From IMG/VR virus record IMGVR_UViG_3300044620_000527, positions 13,054-77,053 of that record: 64,000 nt of DNA; one strand, 5' to 3'. Origin of the DNA: a virus. This document shows, piece after piece, positions 31,101 through 40,245 of this stretch (positions are counted from its first letter, which is position 1; every line of letters starts with the position of its first letter). The notes under the pieces were generated by a model. It worked only from the letters and a program-made list of their open reading frames with translations. It searched no databases and was not told the DNA's origin. Position numbers and translations under genes: made by a program.

Positions 31101-32849
31101 GGTGTTGGTAAAGGTGCATTAAGAGTTGAAGCTGGTTCTGGTGTAACTTTAACAGCAGACACCAATACAAATACAATTACTATTACATCTGAAGGTGGTC
31201 CAGGCACTACAACCGAAAATGCACTAAGAACACTATTTGCTAATAGTTCGCAATATAATTTTAGTTCAACTTTTAATAGAGTCAGATTAAATAACGGTAA
31301 TGGAATTGCCATAACAAGCAGTTCAGATTCAACCGACGCAATATTGAATTTTAATCTAGCATCTATACCAAACAACAGTGTTCTTGCTAATACCAATAGT
31401 ATTGACGCGGTTCCTACACATTTGAGTTTTGCTACCGATCAAATTTTAGGTAGACTTGGTGGTTCTGGTGCATTGGGTGCGTATCCCATTAAGTCTGGTA
31501 CTGGAACAACATTAAGAGAACGACTTGACATAAGACATTATGGTAAGGTTCAAATATCAGATGGAACCACAGTAACAGATTTAACAGCTCTCGGTAGCGG
31601 CACTGCAACCTCAACGACAGGTGCCACTTTACGATTAAGAGCTGGATCAAATATTACATTGTCTGGCTCACTTTCCAACGATAGCACATCTATAATAACA
31701 ATCACCGGAGCAAATCCATCATTAATTTTAGATACTAATCCAGAATTTTCTGGAAGCGTATTCAGTGGTACTGGAAGACAAAATGTTATAACATATGGTG
31801 ATCCATTTATTGGTGTCGTTCCTAGCGGTAAAGCAATAGTAGAACGACACAGAACATATGATGTTTCTAATGCAAATAATGAACATTTTATAACATTTAG
31901 AGAACTACAATTACCTCTAATTAATAGTTCACTTTCTACTTTTGCCACAGTAACTTCTCCAGTTACAGGACAAAGCATAAAAGCAGATTCTGGTAATGCA
32001 ACTCAATACATGTATGCGGGTGGGTATACCTTAAATGTTAGAAATCTTTCAGCCGGTTCAACAACTCAAGGTAATTTGACTTTTGTTGGTGATGCAATTC
32101 GTTTAAGTGCAACTGGCACCATACATTTAGAAGGAACTGGTACTGCTGTAAACTTGAATGCTAAAGTTTTAAGAGGTACTTCTAATACATTTAAATTTGG
32201 TGCTGTTGGAGAATGTATTCTGTCATCAACAAATACAAGCGGTACAGTTAGTAGTACAAATTTTATAATGCACAGCGGTTCTTCATTCATGTTGCGTTTT
32301 GGTGCAACACCGATAACTCAACTACTTTTCACAGATGAAGATCAAGATGGTGAAGTAAGAATAACCACAACTGGAACAGGAGCAAATAAAAAAGTAGTAT
32401 TTGATACAGATGTTGATTTTGGTGTAGTTAGTGGCTCTACAAGAACAATTGATTTTGCAAATGCTACGATAGTAGGTTTAACTGTATCTTCGCACAGTTC
32501 AACACACGACGCCGTTGATAGTGCCAGTTCCAATACTGTAGCAAGTATTGGTACAGATCCTATACAGGCTTGGCAAGTGGGTGGAGTTGCGCGCGGTCAA
32601 CCCACCATGCTAAATACTATCGGTATAGTAAATGGAGATGGACAGTACGATTTTGATTTAAGTGCTGTATCCAAAGCACTCCTCTATAGTGGTTCTACCA
32701 CATACAATACTACAAATTATACCAGTAGTATAACAGCATCGACAAAAGGACCACTTTACTTAGTCGTTCCAAGTGATACGGATACCACAAATCCTGCTGC
32801 ATGGCCTCCAGGTCCTCCAGGTCAAATTATTCTCATAAGAAAGCCATAA
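28173..32849 (+). CDS. Tail fibre protein (1558 aa)
   Basis: N-terminal TNSDTVITWLTRTNQI anchor-like motif. Recurring ~40-aa fibre repeats (F.T.....A....DTL...AG..V.....DTITI). G/S/T rich. Confidence 0.7.
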   Translation: MSTFREPVFDFETLTNSDTVITWLTRTNQIITGMNSLYVADIFEGDGICTTRADGIVTINIDAGPGLGFNTSNELTLSFANVTELTTASSTVSPILSTDYVYIGRSNGLFKVKSDSILPTVIKHNHTFEQITTFSAIYTKGAITAVDTGGLAAKGAIGFNYASNNTPKGWNINSFVVDGGVNLPADGFIRNIFPEYITQSDYVPGWDPYTTNYGEDAFFTNASFNFATTNYPQQGEDELSVGGLQQNKIAMRFYTGIEGNNGDGLGYISNPSVYGTSTLRWPMLWTMEFAEGYFALTGSEGYRPADGGSGSVYSFDAFKYEYLDQNVLNNLFTITGKIRINNLANSEQFISSPSGASNKVPLTGSDGLINKKFTNRIVTTDYLTLSVGNIVYVGTITDGDITYAKAQASPAGNYDVIGIVESISGGSATIVLNGEFELNGVSSLEPGIKYYLSQTTAGQYVQEGTYSTGIIKPVFVAISSSKGILLGANENANISSVSVTDQALNEETLEVNSPNFDLKFVAGPNIDLDINSNNEVEIRVVDLAGSQDTFRTITVNGVGSDGDGSVVADVPNDTLTFTSSTLSITANSTTDTINFEAPNAFTTFKFSDGTDYSYVAESTSDTLQLIAGDGVTFTQNTDDSIIISATVEGGVAPENITYSGAYQVLVSDSSSDGMAVSLLGGDADSFTIGYGLGTTNIALDHTKEITLSAGTDEYTYDGDLYNLNSSGDWPTTTWSKYLPDQLAGYMVGRITTSALGDNSTFPDSKIRRLSRRDVRHFLGIAQEGFIDNIGSVFNQWTIDGGSTYVTANDKSGVLNIQAGAGISLSNPGAPDRIVITNTGVAQNAFGSVIVKNYNGSTIDSFDAASSSDNFTLKSGRFVTIDTDTNSDTAIFDISIPDDYSILGNPGTTDGMGIISLASNSYSLLGRSGGPIEAITADTLKWTGVTSGTLTSPEMELPYFGVVQVGTAGTPTILNSYGVGKGALRVEAGSGVTLTADTNTNTITITSEGGPGTTTENALRTLFANSSQYNFSSTFNRVRLNNGNGIAITSSSDSTDAILNFNLASIPNNSVLANTNSIDAVPTHLSFATDQILGRLGGSGALGAYPIKSGTGTTLRERLDIRHYGKVQISDGTTVTDLTALGSGTATSTTGATLRLRAGSNITLSGSLSNDSTSIITITGANPSLILDTNPEFSGSVFSGTGRQNVITYGDPFIGVVPSGKAIVERHRTYDVSNANNEHFITFRELQLPLINSSLSTFATVTSPVTGQSIKADSGNATQYMYAGGYTLNVRNLSAGSTTQGNLTFVGDAIRLSATGTIHLEGTGTAVNLNAKVLRGTSNTFKFGAVGECILSSTNTSGTVSSTNFIMHSGSSFMLRFGATPITQLLFTDEDQDGEVRITTTGTGANKKVVFDTDVDFGVVSGSTRTIDFANATIVGLTVSSHSSTHDAVDSASSNTVASIGTDPIQAWQVGGVARGQPTMLNTIGIVNGDGQYDFDLSAVSKALLYSGSTTYNTTNYTSSITASTKGPLYLVVPSDTDTTNPAAWPPGPPGQIILIRKP

Positions 32850-32853
32850 TATT

Positions 32854-32985
32854 ATGTTTGTAAGAGATAGTGGAAATACACCAAGAGAAATATCTAGAAT
32901 ATTTGTCAGAGATAGTTCTGGAAATCCTCAAGAAATTTCAAAAATATATGTCCGCGATGGTAGCGGTAATCCTATATTAGTTTTT
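32854..32985 (+). repeat. Three tandem ~15-aa repeats at the adhesin N-terminus
   Basis: MFVRDSGNTPREISR / IFVRDSSGNPQEISK / IYVRDGSGNPILVF. Confidence 0.85.
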
Positions 32986-35229
32986 GATAATACCACTGTA
33001 GTTGTTCCTGATTTATGTCCAAGTTGCACTGCTGGTAGTGTTTACTATTTTACTGTGGGTGGTAGTGGTACGGGGAATACCATTTTCACATTGTCTTTGG
33101 GACAATCATATGCTAATTATCCTCAAATTAGCAGTACCGTCCAAAATGGAACAAATACACCCTCAATCAATATACAAAAAGATTATTGGTCAAAAGTATC
33201 AATAAAATATGACATTTTAAAAACAAATAGTGAAAATTTAGAAACACAAACCACTTATTATAATACTCTTGAACAAAATTTAGATAGTAGTTTTTGTGAA
33301 TGGTGCATAACGGATTTTTCTATTACTTCGCTTTTTCCAACTCTTATGGCAGAAACGTTATTGGGAACTTCTATTGATGGACAACCAATTACAGGTTATG
33401 GAAATTTAAATAATTATCCTGTGCTTCCGGGCTACATTATAGTGGATTATAAAACATACAACAAACGAAGCACGGTATTTTCTATTATGAATATGCCTCA
33501 AATTCAATGGACCACTCATGGTGTAAATTACACAAATCCAGAAACATCACAGGTTTTGGTTCCTTTTGGTGCATATGATTCTCGATTTGCCCCAGATACA
33601 GTCCCTAGTACCAGAAGTAGTACAATTTACCCGTTTTATAACAGGCCTGTGTTATTAAATGTTCCAGATTTACAACCCGGTGGTCAAGGGTTTAGTCATA
33701 ATAGTTTATGTGGGCAAGAGTATTGCGGTGGTATATTTACTCAAGAATTTTTTGAACGTTGGGCATTTGGTTCATGTTGGAATTGGGGTTCTGGTGGATC
33801 TCAAAGATTTTTTGAATCCATTATCCCATCTGGCATAAACATAGATCCTTGTATTACTGGTGATGTTTTTCTACCACCAAATGGTAGCACTTTCCCAACA
33901 GTAAATAATGGTACTGGAGATGATTGTAGACTATTTGTTGGTGGTTACGATCAAACCGATTGGGAAGGAATTAATCCATATTCTTGGATTCTTTATTATG
34001 AAAACGGTGCAACAGGAAACACTATACCTGAAGTATTATCATCTGCAAAACCACAAGATTGCTGTACTAGTTGTTTTTATGGACCAGTAGAATCTTCTAC
34101 CCCAAACACAAATGATATGTGCAGACACATATATCAAATACCACCAATCAATTCTTTAACTCCTCCTAGTACAAAATTAGATTTCTTTGACAGTATTGGT
34201 ACTGGAGCCGTTCTTGGACCAGAAATTCAGGGTTCTTCCTCTAGTGCAGTTATTCGTTATACTCTTCCTGCGTATGTTACGCTAGATCCTGCATTAAAAT
34301 CAAAAATAGTAAAAATGTTTGCCGTGAATTCTAGCAATTCTAATATAGATTCATTTATAAATGCTGGACCAGATTTGTTTGGTGATGATTCGGGTAGCAC
34401 ACTAACGACAGAAGAACTTTCTGTTTGGAGAGCTATTAGTGGGTTCATGGGTTTAAATATTAAAAATGGATTACCTTTAGAAAATTTTGAAAGAGTTTAT
34501 TTATCATCTTCATCTTTTTATTATGAAGAAAACAGATTTGATGCTAATCCATTTGGTCCAGCACCACAACTTTCATTTTATCCCGCAGCACCAATAGGCA
34601 TTTCTACAGTATCTGGTGCCTCTTCTCTTGGACAATATCCTTTGATATGGTGGAGTATGTCTGGATATCCAACAGAACAATCAACTCATTATATTGTATT
34701 GGAATTAGAATTTAATGCAGAAAACTGTGCGACTTCTATAGCAAATAAAAATGATGCATTCCGATTAGAAAATTTAAGAAAAATACTAAAAGGTATACAG
34801 TTTTATCCAGTACAATTTTCTTGCAAAAATATGATAGGTTTGAAATATCAAACAGGAATTGCGACTCCCACAGAAGTAGACGCAATTAGACATTTTCCAC
34901 ATCCTGCATATGCAGAATTAGTAATCGATAGTACAGTACAAAATGGTATAGATGTAGTTACTGGTACAAATGTAAATGGTTGTGGATTTGTTGATATATT
35001 ATGGACTAATCAATTGATACCAGTAGATCAGGGTGGAACTGGTGTAGTAACAAGTACTACTTCTTCATCACAACAAACGAGGGAACAAAAAACATTACTT
35101 TATAATTATAAGTTTATTTCCAGTAGTGTTCCTGTTGCACGTTATACCTTTATGAGATTAAGATTACCATCAATGACATATAGCAAATTCTTAACCAAAT
35201 ATTATAAACCACAAACTACTATTTCTTGA
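32854..35229 (+). CDS. Putative fibre-tip adhesin / receptor-binding protein
   Basis: N-terminal triple repeat (F/Y)VRD(S/G)..N.P..I directly after the fibre gene; the rest is Cys-containing and unrecognised. Confidence 0.45.
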   Translation: MFVRDSGNTPREISRIFVRDSSGNPQEISKIYVRDGSGNPILVFDNTTVVVPDLCPSCTAGSVYYFTVGGSGTGNTIFTLSLGQSYANYPQISSTVQNGTNTPSINIQKDYWSKVSIKYDILKTNSENLETQTTYYNTLEQNLDSSFCEWCITDFSITSLFPTLMAETLLGTSIDGQPITGYGNLNNYPVLPGYIIVDYKTYNKRSTVFSIMNMPQIQWTTHGVNYTNPETSQVLVPFGAYDSRFAPDTVPSTRSSTIYPFYNRPVLLNVPDLQPGGQGFSHNSLCGQEYCGGIFTQEFFERWAFGSCWNWGSGGSQRFFESIIPSGINIDPCITGDVFLPPNGSTFPTVNNGTGDDCRLFVGGYDQTDWEGINPYSWILYYENGATGNTIPEVLSSAKPQDCCTSCFYGPVESSTPNTNDMCRHIYQIPPINSLTPPSTKLDFFDSIGTGAVLGPEIQGSSSSAVIRYTLPAYVTLDPALKSKIVKMFAVNSSNSNIDSFINAGPDLFGDDSGSTLTTEELSVWRAISGFMGLNIKNGLPLENFERVYLSSSSFYYEENRFDANPFGPAPQLSFYPAAPIGISTVSGASSLGQYPLIWWSMSGYPTEQSTHYIVLELEFNAENCATSIANKNDAFRLENLRKILKGIQFYPVQFSCKNMIGLKYQTGIATPTEVDAIRHFPHPAYAELVIDSTVQNGIDVVTGTNVNGCGFVDILWTNQLIPVDQGGTGVVTSTTSSSQQTREQKTLLYNYKFISSSVPVARYTFMRLRLPSMTYSKFLTKYYKPQTTIS

Positions 35230-35253
35230 CTTTTATTTACTTGTCTATATAAT
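35226..35253 (+). promoter_or_regulatory. Sigma70-type (early) promoter TTGACT-N16-TATAAT
   Basis: TTGACT at 35226-35231 and TATAAT at 35248-35253; AAGGAG RBS precedes the ATG at 35282. Confidence 0.65.
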
Positions 35254-35281
35254 AAGCATAGAAATGCAATAAGGAGATATT

Positions 35282-35629
35282 ATGAAAGTTAGATTGATTG
35301 ACATTTATGGATCTGTTTCAGTTTTAAACAAATTAGTAGAAGAACCACTTCCAACCAAAATTTCATTTAAATTAATGAAATTGCTAAATGCTTTAAATGC
35401 TGAAGTGAAACTAGTAGAAGATCAAAGATTAAAACTAGTTAAACAATATTCTGAAGACGGTAATACCGTGTCTGAACAAAACAAAGAGGCATTTATAAAA
35501 GAATTTAGTGAATTCTTAAATGACGAGATAGAAGTAACATGGGAACCACTTAATGTAGATATTTTGGGTGATTCTATAAAACTTTCTGTAACCGATTTAG
35601 CAAAAATTCAATATTTGTTTAAAGATTAA
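35282..35629 (+). CDS. DUF1617-like small helical protein (possible fibre assembly chaperone)
   Basis: LPTKISFKL.KL...L..E.K.VE.QR.KLVKQY...F.KEF.E.LN.EIEV pattern resembles DUF1617-type proteins found next to fibre genes. Confidence 0.5.
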   Translation: MKVRLIDIYGSVSVLNKLVEEPLPTKISFKLMKLLNALNAEVKLVEDQRLKLVKQYSEDGNTVSEQNKEAFIKEFSEFLNDEIEVTWEPLNVDILGDSIKLSVTDLAKIQYLFKD

Positions 35630-35652
35630 GTAAACAACATTTACAAAAAAGG

Positions 35653-35691
35653 ATCTCCTTGGTTTTATAAATAATGTAGAACCAAGGAGAT
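35653..35691 (+). promoter_or_regulatory. RBS-sequestering hairpin carrying the late promoter TATAAATA (35666-35673) at its loop, upstream of gp13
   Basis: ATCTCCTTGGTTTTA (35653-35667) pairs with TAGAACCAAGGAGAT (35677-35691): 15 bp with one G-U. The right arm contains the AGGAG RBS of gp13. Confidence 0.8.
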
Positions 35692-35698
35692 TTTACAT

Positions 35699-36523
35699 AT
35701 GGCAAAACCTTCAACAAGGGAACAACTTAAAGATTATTGTCTAAGACGACTCGGTTATCCTGTTGTACAAATCAACGTGGATGATTCGCAAATAGAGGAT
35801 CGTGTAGACGATGCTTTACAGTTTTTTGCCGAATACCATTTTGATGGTGTAGAGAGAGTTTATTTAAGAAAACAAGTCACTCAGCAAGACATAGAGCGGG
35901 GTTATATAGATTTAACCCAACCAACTTTGGCTGCAACAGACGATGGTATAGAAATTAAAGCAGCACCCGCATTAGACCCAGATGGAAATTCAATAATTAG
36001 TGTAATTCGTTGCTTTCAATTATTTGATACTCTGGGTGGTTTGGGTATGTTTGATGCAAAGTATCAAATCGCTTTAAATGACTTATATGGATTAAGAACC
36101 AACACATATGGTGACTCATTAATTGGTTATAACATAACAAGAAGTCATATGCAAATGCTTCAGGATATGTTGACCCCCGAAAAGATGATTGAGTTTAGCC
36201 GTGTTACAAACAGAATTTATGTGGAAACAAATTGGTCAGAAAAAATGACTAAGGGTGATTACTTGGTATTTGAGGCATATAAAATTCTTGATCCTTCGTT
36301 GTATCCAGAAATCTATAATGATCGTTTATTAAAGATGTACTTGACAGCTTTAATTAAGCAACAATGGGGATTGAATTTATCGAAGTTTAGCGGTATGAGT
36401 TTACCCGGTGGTGTTTCATTTAATGGTGCTAACATGGCATCTGAAGCAAAAGCGGAAGTTGAAAAAATAGAAAACGAAATTCAAGCCAAATACGAACTCC
36501 CACCACAAGGATTTATAGGATAA
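35699..36523 (+). CDS. gp13: Neck protein gp13
   Basis: MAKPSTR..LKDYCLRRLG.PVV.INVDD.Q..DR.DDALQ.F.EYH.DG and QWG.NLSKF.G..LPGGV motifs. Confidence 0.95.
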   Translation: MAKPSTREQLKDYCLRRLGYPVVQINVDDSQIEDRVDDALQFFAEYHFDGVERVYLRKQVTQQDIERGYIDLTQPTLAATDDGIEIKAAPALDPDGNSIISVIRCFQLFDTLGGLGMFDAKYQIALNDLYGLRTNTYGDSLIGYNITRSHMQMLQDMLTPEKMIEFSRVTNRIYVETNWSEKMTKGDYLVFEAYKILDPSLYPEIYNDRLLKMYLTALIKQQWGLNLSKFSGMSLPGGVSFNGANMASEAKAEVEKIENEIQAKYELPPQGFIG

Positions 36524-36524
36524 A

Positions 36525-37241
36525 ATGGCTTTAAATCCACACTTCAATAATTACGCCTATAAACCCCAACAAGATCTCATGGAAGATCTTATTGAGGAGT
36601 CCATTAAAATTAATGGAATAAATGTCTATTACATTCCTCGTAGATTTGCAAATTTAGATCAGTTGTTTGGTGAAGATTCTACTTCTTATTTTAAAGATGC
36701 AATTCAAATAGAAATGTTTATGGACAACTACTCTGGGTTTTCTGGAGAGCGCGAAATTATTTCAAAGTTTGGTTTAGAAATAAGAGATACATTAAGTTTA
36801 GTTGTTTCGAAAAGAAGATTCCAAAGAGAAGCAGCAAAATTTGAAGTAATGGCAGATCGTCCAGTTCAAATAAGCAATCCAATGGAAGGTGATTTAATTT
36901 TTCATCCATTCTCAAAGGGATTATTTGAAATTAAATATGTAGATAACAAAGAAGTATTTTATCAATTTGGAAAACTATACACATATAAATTAGAATGCGA
37001 ACTCTTCAAGTACTCTTACGAAAACTTGAATACAGGCATATCCGAAATAGACTCTATACAAACAAATATGACGCAAACTGTTACACAACAAATGGATTAT
37101 AATTCCGATGGAATCATAGACGAGACCATCACATCTATTCAAGATACAAAACAACAAAGCGATAATGATATACTACAATCTGGTACAAGAGATTTGATTG
37201 ACTTTACTGAAATTGATCCATTCTCGGAGAATAAGTATTAA
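36525..37241 (+). CDS. gp14: Neck protein gp14
   Basis: MALNPHF, L.EESIK..G..VYYIPR, SKFGLEIRD, P.EGDLI and FTE.DPF motifs. Confidence 0.95.
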   Translation: MALNPHFNNYAYKPQQDLMEDLIEESIKINGINVYYIPRRFANLDQLFGEDSTSYFKDAIQIEMFMDNYSGFSGEREIISKFGLEIRDTLSLVVSKRRFQREAAKFEVMADRPVQISNPMEGDLIFHPFSKGLFEIKYVDNKEVFYQFGKLYTYKLECELFKYSYENLNTGISEIDSIQTNMTQTVTQQMDYNSDGIIDETITSIQDTKQQSDNDILQSGTRDLIDFTEIDPFSENKY

Positions 37242-37909
37242 TGTTTACTACTTTCTATCATGGTATTACAAAAAAGATAACAGCGGCTTTCGGTACGCTG
37301 TTTAATAACATTTACATAGAACGTGGTTCCGGCAATACTTACAAGAAAATAAAAGTTCCATTAACATATGCTCCAAAAGAAAGAATGATGGAGCGTTTAA
37401 ATTTGGAATTGGATGATCCTGTTGCATATGCTACTGCTCTCGGAATACCAAGAATGTCATTTATGATGACGGGATTGGAATACGATACGGAAAGAAAATT
37501 AAACAGTTCAACAAAGAGACGAGCAGAAAAGGTACAAACAAATGGTGATGTTATTATTAATTATCACTTTAATGAAGTACCATATAAATTAACATTTTCT
37601 TTATTCATTTATAGCCGTACTATGGATGATGGTTTAAAAATTATTGAACAAATATTCCCATTCTTTACACCAGAATTCACAATAACAATTAAACCAAGTG
37701 TATTGAGTGATGGTTACGAAAAACTAGATATTCCGATTACATTGGTTAGCACCAATACTGATCAGCAATTCGAAGGTTCTTTTAAAGACGACAACCAAAG
37801 ATCTATTATATTTGAATTGCAATTTGTCGCTAGAACTTATTACTATGGACCAGTAAGAGAAGCAGGACTTATCAAAACTATCGACGTTAATCTTTTTAAT
37901 TTGGATTAA
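37241..37909 (+). CDS. gp15: Tail terminator / sheath stabiliser gp15 (main part)
   Basis: FYH...K...AFGTLFNNI, KVPL.YAPKE, PRMSF, QIFPFF.P.F and YYYGP motifs. Confidence 0.92.
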   Translation: MFTTFYHGITKKITAAFGTLFNNIYIERGSGNTYKKIKVPLTYAPKERMMERLNLELDDPVAYATALGIPRMSFMMTGLEYDTERKLNSSTKRRAEKVQTNGDVIINYHFNEVPYKLTFSLFIYSRTMDDGLKIIEQIFPFFTPEFTITIKPSVLSDGYEKLDIPITLVSTNTDQQFEGSFKDDNQRSIIFELQFVARTYYYGPVREAGLIKTIDVNLFNLD

Positions 37910-37910
37910 T

Positions 37911-38078
37911 ATGGCAAAGAAATTAGTAAATATTCATATAGAACCAGTAGTATATTTAAAGGACACCAATGATGATTATGTCCTAGATACTAATGGCGAT
38001 AAAATCGAATTAAAGTCTGGAGTACAAGTAGTTCCAAGTGATGACTACGATATAAAAGAAACAATCACAGAATATTAA
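37911..38078 (+). CDS. 55-aa ORF absent from the ORF track; resembles the gp15 C-terminal tail
   Basis: MAKKLVNIHIEPVVYLKDTNDDYVLDTNGDKIELKSGVQVVPSDDYDIKETITEY. It starts 1 nt after the gp15 stop and fills the gap to gp16. Confidence 0.7.
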   Translation: MAKKLVNIHIEPVVYLKDTNDDYVLDTNGDKIELKSGVQVVPSDDYDIKETITEY

Positions 38079-38088
38079 TGGATACATT

Positions 38089-38544
38089 ATGTCATTTGAT
38101 GAACTGGAAAAACAATTTAATATAGAACCAACCCCGCAACCAGAAGTCCCACAATTACGCAAAGCAACAGAAATTACTGTTCAAAAGGACGATCTGGATA
38201 AAGATTATCTCACGGTAAGGGATAATTTAAAAGAACTAATAAACAAAGGTACATCTGCTATAGATGGTATTCTTAATTTAGCATCAGAAACAGAACAACC
38301 AAGAGCATATGAAGTTCTTGCACAATTAATTAAAACTGTTGCTGAAACAAATAAAGATCTGTTGGATATGCACAACAAAATGAAGGTTATTAAGGGAGAA
38401 CCTCAAACTAATACTCCCAATTCTGTAACTACCAACAATTCTATATTTGTCGGTAGTACGGCAGATCTGCAAAAACTGCTTCGTGGAAAAATAAAAGAAA
38501 TTGAGAAGTTAGAAAATAATGGCGATATTATAGATGCAGAATAA
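38089..38544 (+). CDS. gp16: Terminase small subunit gp16
   Basis: D..KDY...R.NL..LI.KG..AI, PRAYEV..QLIK and TNNSIFVGSTADLQK motifs. Confidence 0.93.
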   Translation: MSFDELEKQFNIEPTPQPEVPQLRKATEITVQKDDLDKDYLTVRDNLKELINKGTSAIDGILNLASETEQPRAYEVLAQLIKTVAETNKDLLDMHNKMKVIKGEPQTNTPNSVTTNNSIFVGSTADLQKLLRGKIKEIEKLENNGDIIDAE

Positions 38545-40156
38545 AGAAAAAACATATCTTGGAAATCCAAATCTTAAACGAGCAAATGTAAACGTTTCTT
38601 TTACTCCCGAACAAGTAGAAGAATATGTTAAGTGCTCCCAAGATCCGATTTACTTTATTAAAAACTATGTCAAGATTGTAAGTCTGGACAAAGGACTTAT
38701 CAATTTTAATATGTTTGATTTCCAAGAACTGTTTGTTGAAACTATTAATGAAAATAGATTTACGATAGGCAAAATGCCTCGTCAATGTGGTAAGTCAACT
38801 ACTCTGGTTGCTTATATTCTTTGGTATATTCTTTTTAATCCTACCAGCAATGTTGCTATTCTTGCAAATAAACAAACCGTAGCAAAGTTGCACATGGATA
38901 GATTAAAAGTTGCATACGAATACCTTCCGAAGTGGCTACAACAAGGTATTAAGGAATGGAACAAAATGAGCATAGAACTGGAAAACGGTTCTAGAATTAT
39001 TGCTGCTGCTACCTCTGCTTCTGCTATCCGTGGTGGATCTTTTAATCTTATCATGTTGGACGAGTTTGCTCACGTTCCCGAAAACATTGCAAATGATTTC
39101 TATACCTCTGTATTTCCAACAATTACTTCCGGTAAGACTACCAAATTAGTAATAATTTCCACACCAAACGGTTTGAATTTATTCTATAAGATTTGGGTAG
39201 ATTCTGCGGAACACCGAAACGACTTTAAGAATGTAGAAATCCATTGGAGTCAAGTTCCCGGCAGAGATCAAGTTTGGCGCGAACAAGAAATCCGCAACTT
39301 GGGTTCTGAAGATAAATTCCGAACAGAACACGAATGTGATTTCATTGGTTCTACAAATACACTCATTAGTGCAAATAAATTGAAGACTTTGGTATTCCGC
39401 AATCCAATTTATAAAAATGACGATGGATTGAAAGTTTATGAAAAACCAAAAGAGAAGCACAGTTATTTGACTTTGGTTGATACCTCTAGAGGTCAAGGAT
39501 TAGACTATAGTGCATTTTGTGTACTTGATATAACTGAGATGCCCTATAAGGTTGTTGCTGTGTTTAAAAATAACATGATTTCTCCTATGGTATATCCTAA
39601 TATTATTATGAATACTTCTAGGGAATATAATGAAGCATTTATTTTAGTAGAAATAAATGATATTGGCGGACAAGTTGCTGATATTTTATATAAAGAATTA
39701 GAATATGAAAATGTTCTTATATCTTCTGTGCGGGGAAGAAAGGGTCAGACTTTAGATGGTGGGTTTGGTAACTCAGATACCCAGTTGGGTGTACGCACCA
39801 CAAAGGTTGTAAAGCGTCTAGGATGCTCCGTATTGAAGAGTATGATAGAGAGTGACAAACTGATACTAAACGATATCGATATCATGCGAGAACTTGTTAC
39901 CTTTATTTCAAAAAATAATTCATATGAAGCAGATACTGGCAGCAATGACGATCTTATTATGTGCTTGGTTCTTTTTGGTTGGTTAAGTACCCAAACTTAT
40001 TTTAAAGATTTGACAGATTTGGATATAAGAAAGACTCTATTTCAAAAGCAAATTGATGCGATTGAGGAAGAAATTATGCCTTTTGGTTTCCTAAGTAACG
40101 TGGATTATGGGGATGATGATGGGTTTGGTGGTGAATTTGGCGATACTATTTTGTAA
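38534..40156 (+). CDS. gp17: Terminase large subunit gp17
   Basis: YLGNPNLK, Walker A PRQCGKST, Walker B LDEFAH, STPNG.N.FY and nuclease DDL.M motifs. Confidence 0.97.
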   Translation: MQNKEKTYLGNPNLKRANVNVSFTPEQVEEYVKCSQDPIYFIKNYVKIVSLDKGLINFNMFDFQELFVETINENRFTIGKMPRQCGKSTTLVAYILWYILFNPTSNVAILANKQTVAKLHMDRLKVAYEYLPKWLQQGIKEWNKMSIELENGSRIIAAATSASAIRGGSFNLIMLDEFAHVPENIANDFYTSVFPTITSGKTTKLVIISTPNGLNLFYKIWVDSAEHRNDFKNVEIHWSQVPGRDQVWREQEIRNLGSEDKFRTEHECDFIGSTNTLISANKLKTLVFRNPIYKNDDGLKVYEKPKEKHSYLTLVDTSRGQGLDYSAFCVLDITEMPYKVVAVFKNNMISPMVYPNIIMNTSREYNEAFILVEINDIGGQVADILYKELEYENVLISSVRGRKGQTLDGGFGNSDTQLGVRTTKVVKRLGCSVLKSMIESDKLILNDIDIMRELVTFISKNNSYEADTGSNDDLIMCLVLFGWLSTQTYFKDLTDLDIRKTLFQKQIDAIEEEIMPFGFLSNVDYGDDDGFGGEFGDTIL

Positions 40157-40176
40157 AAATCGAAACACCATAAAAT

Positions 40177-40184
40177 TATACATA
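40177..40184 (+). promoter_or_regulatory. Putative late promoter variant TATACATA upstream of gp18
   Basis: TATAnATA match in the intergenic region; GAAGGAG RBS downstream. Confidence 0.5.
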
Positions 40185-40245
40185 TTCCTAGCAAATAGTA
40201 TTTTCTAATTATAGAAATAACACACGGCGTCTAGAAGGAGAAACA

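Noticed and set aside
40200-40219. Small inverted repeat TTTCTA-ATTA-TAGAAA before gp18
   Set aside because: AT-rich and weak, with no U-tract; likely chance.
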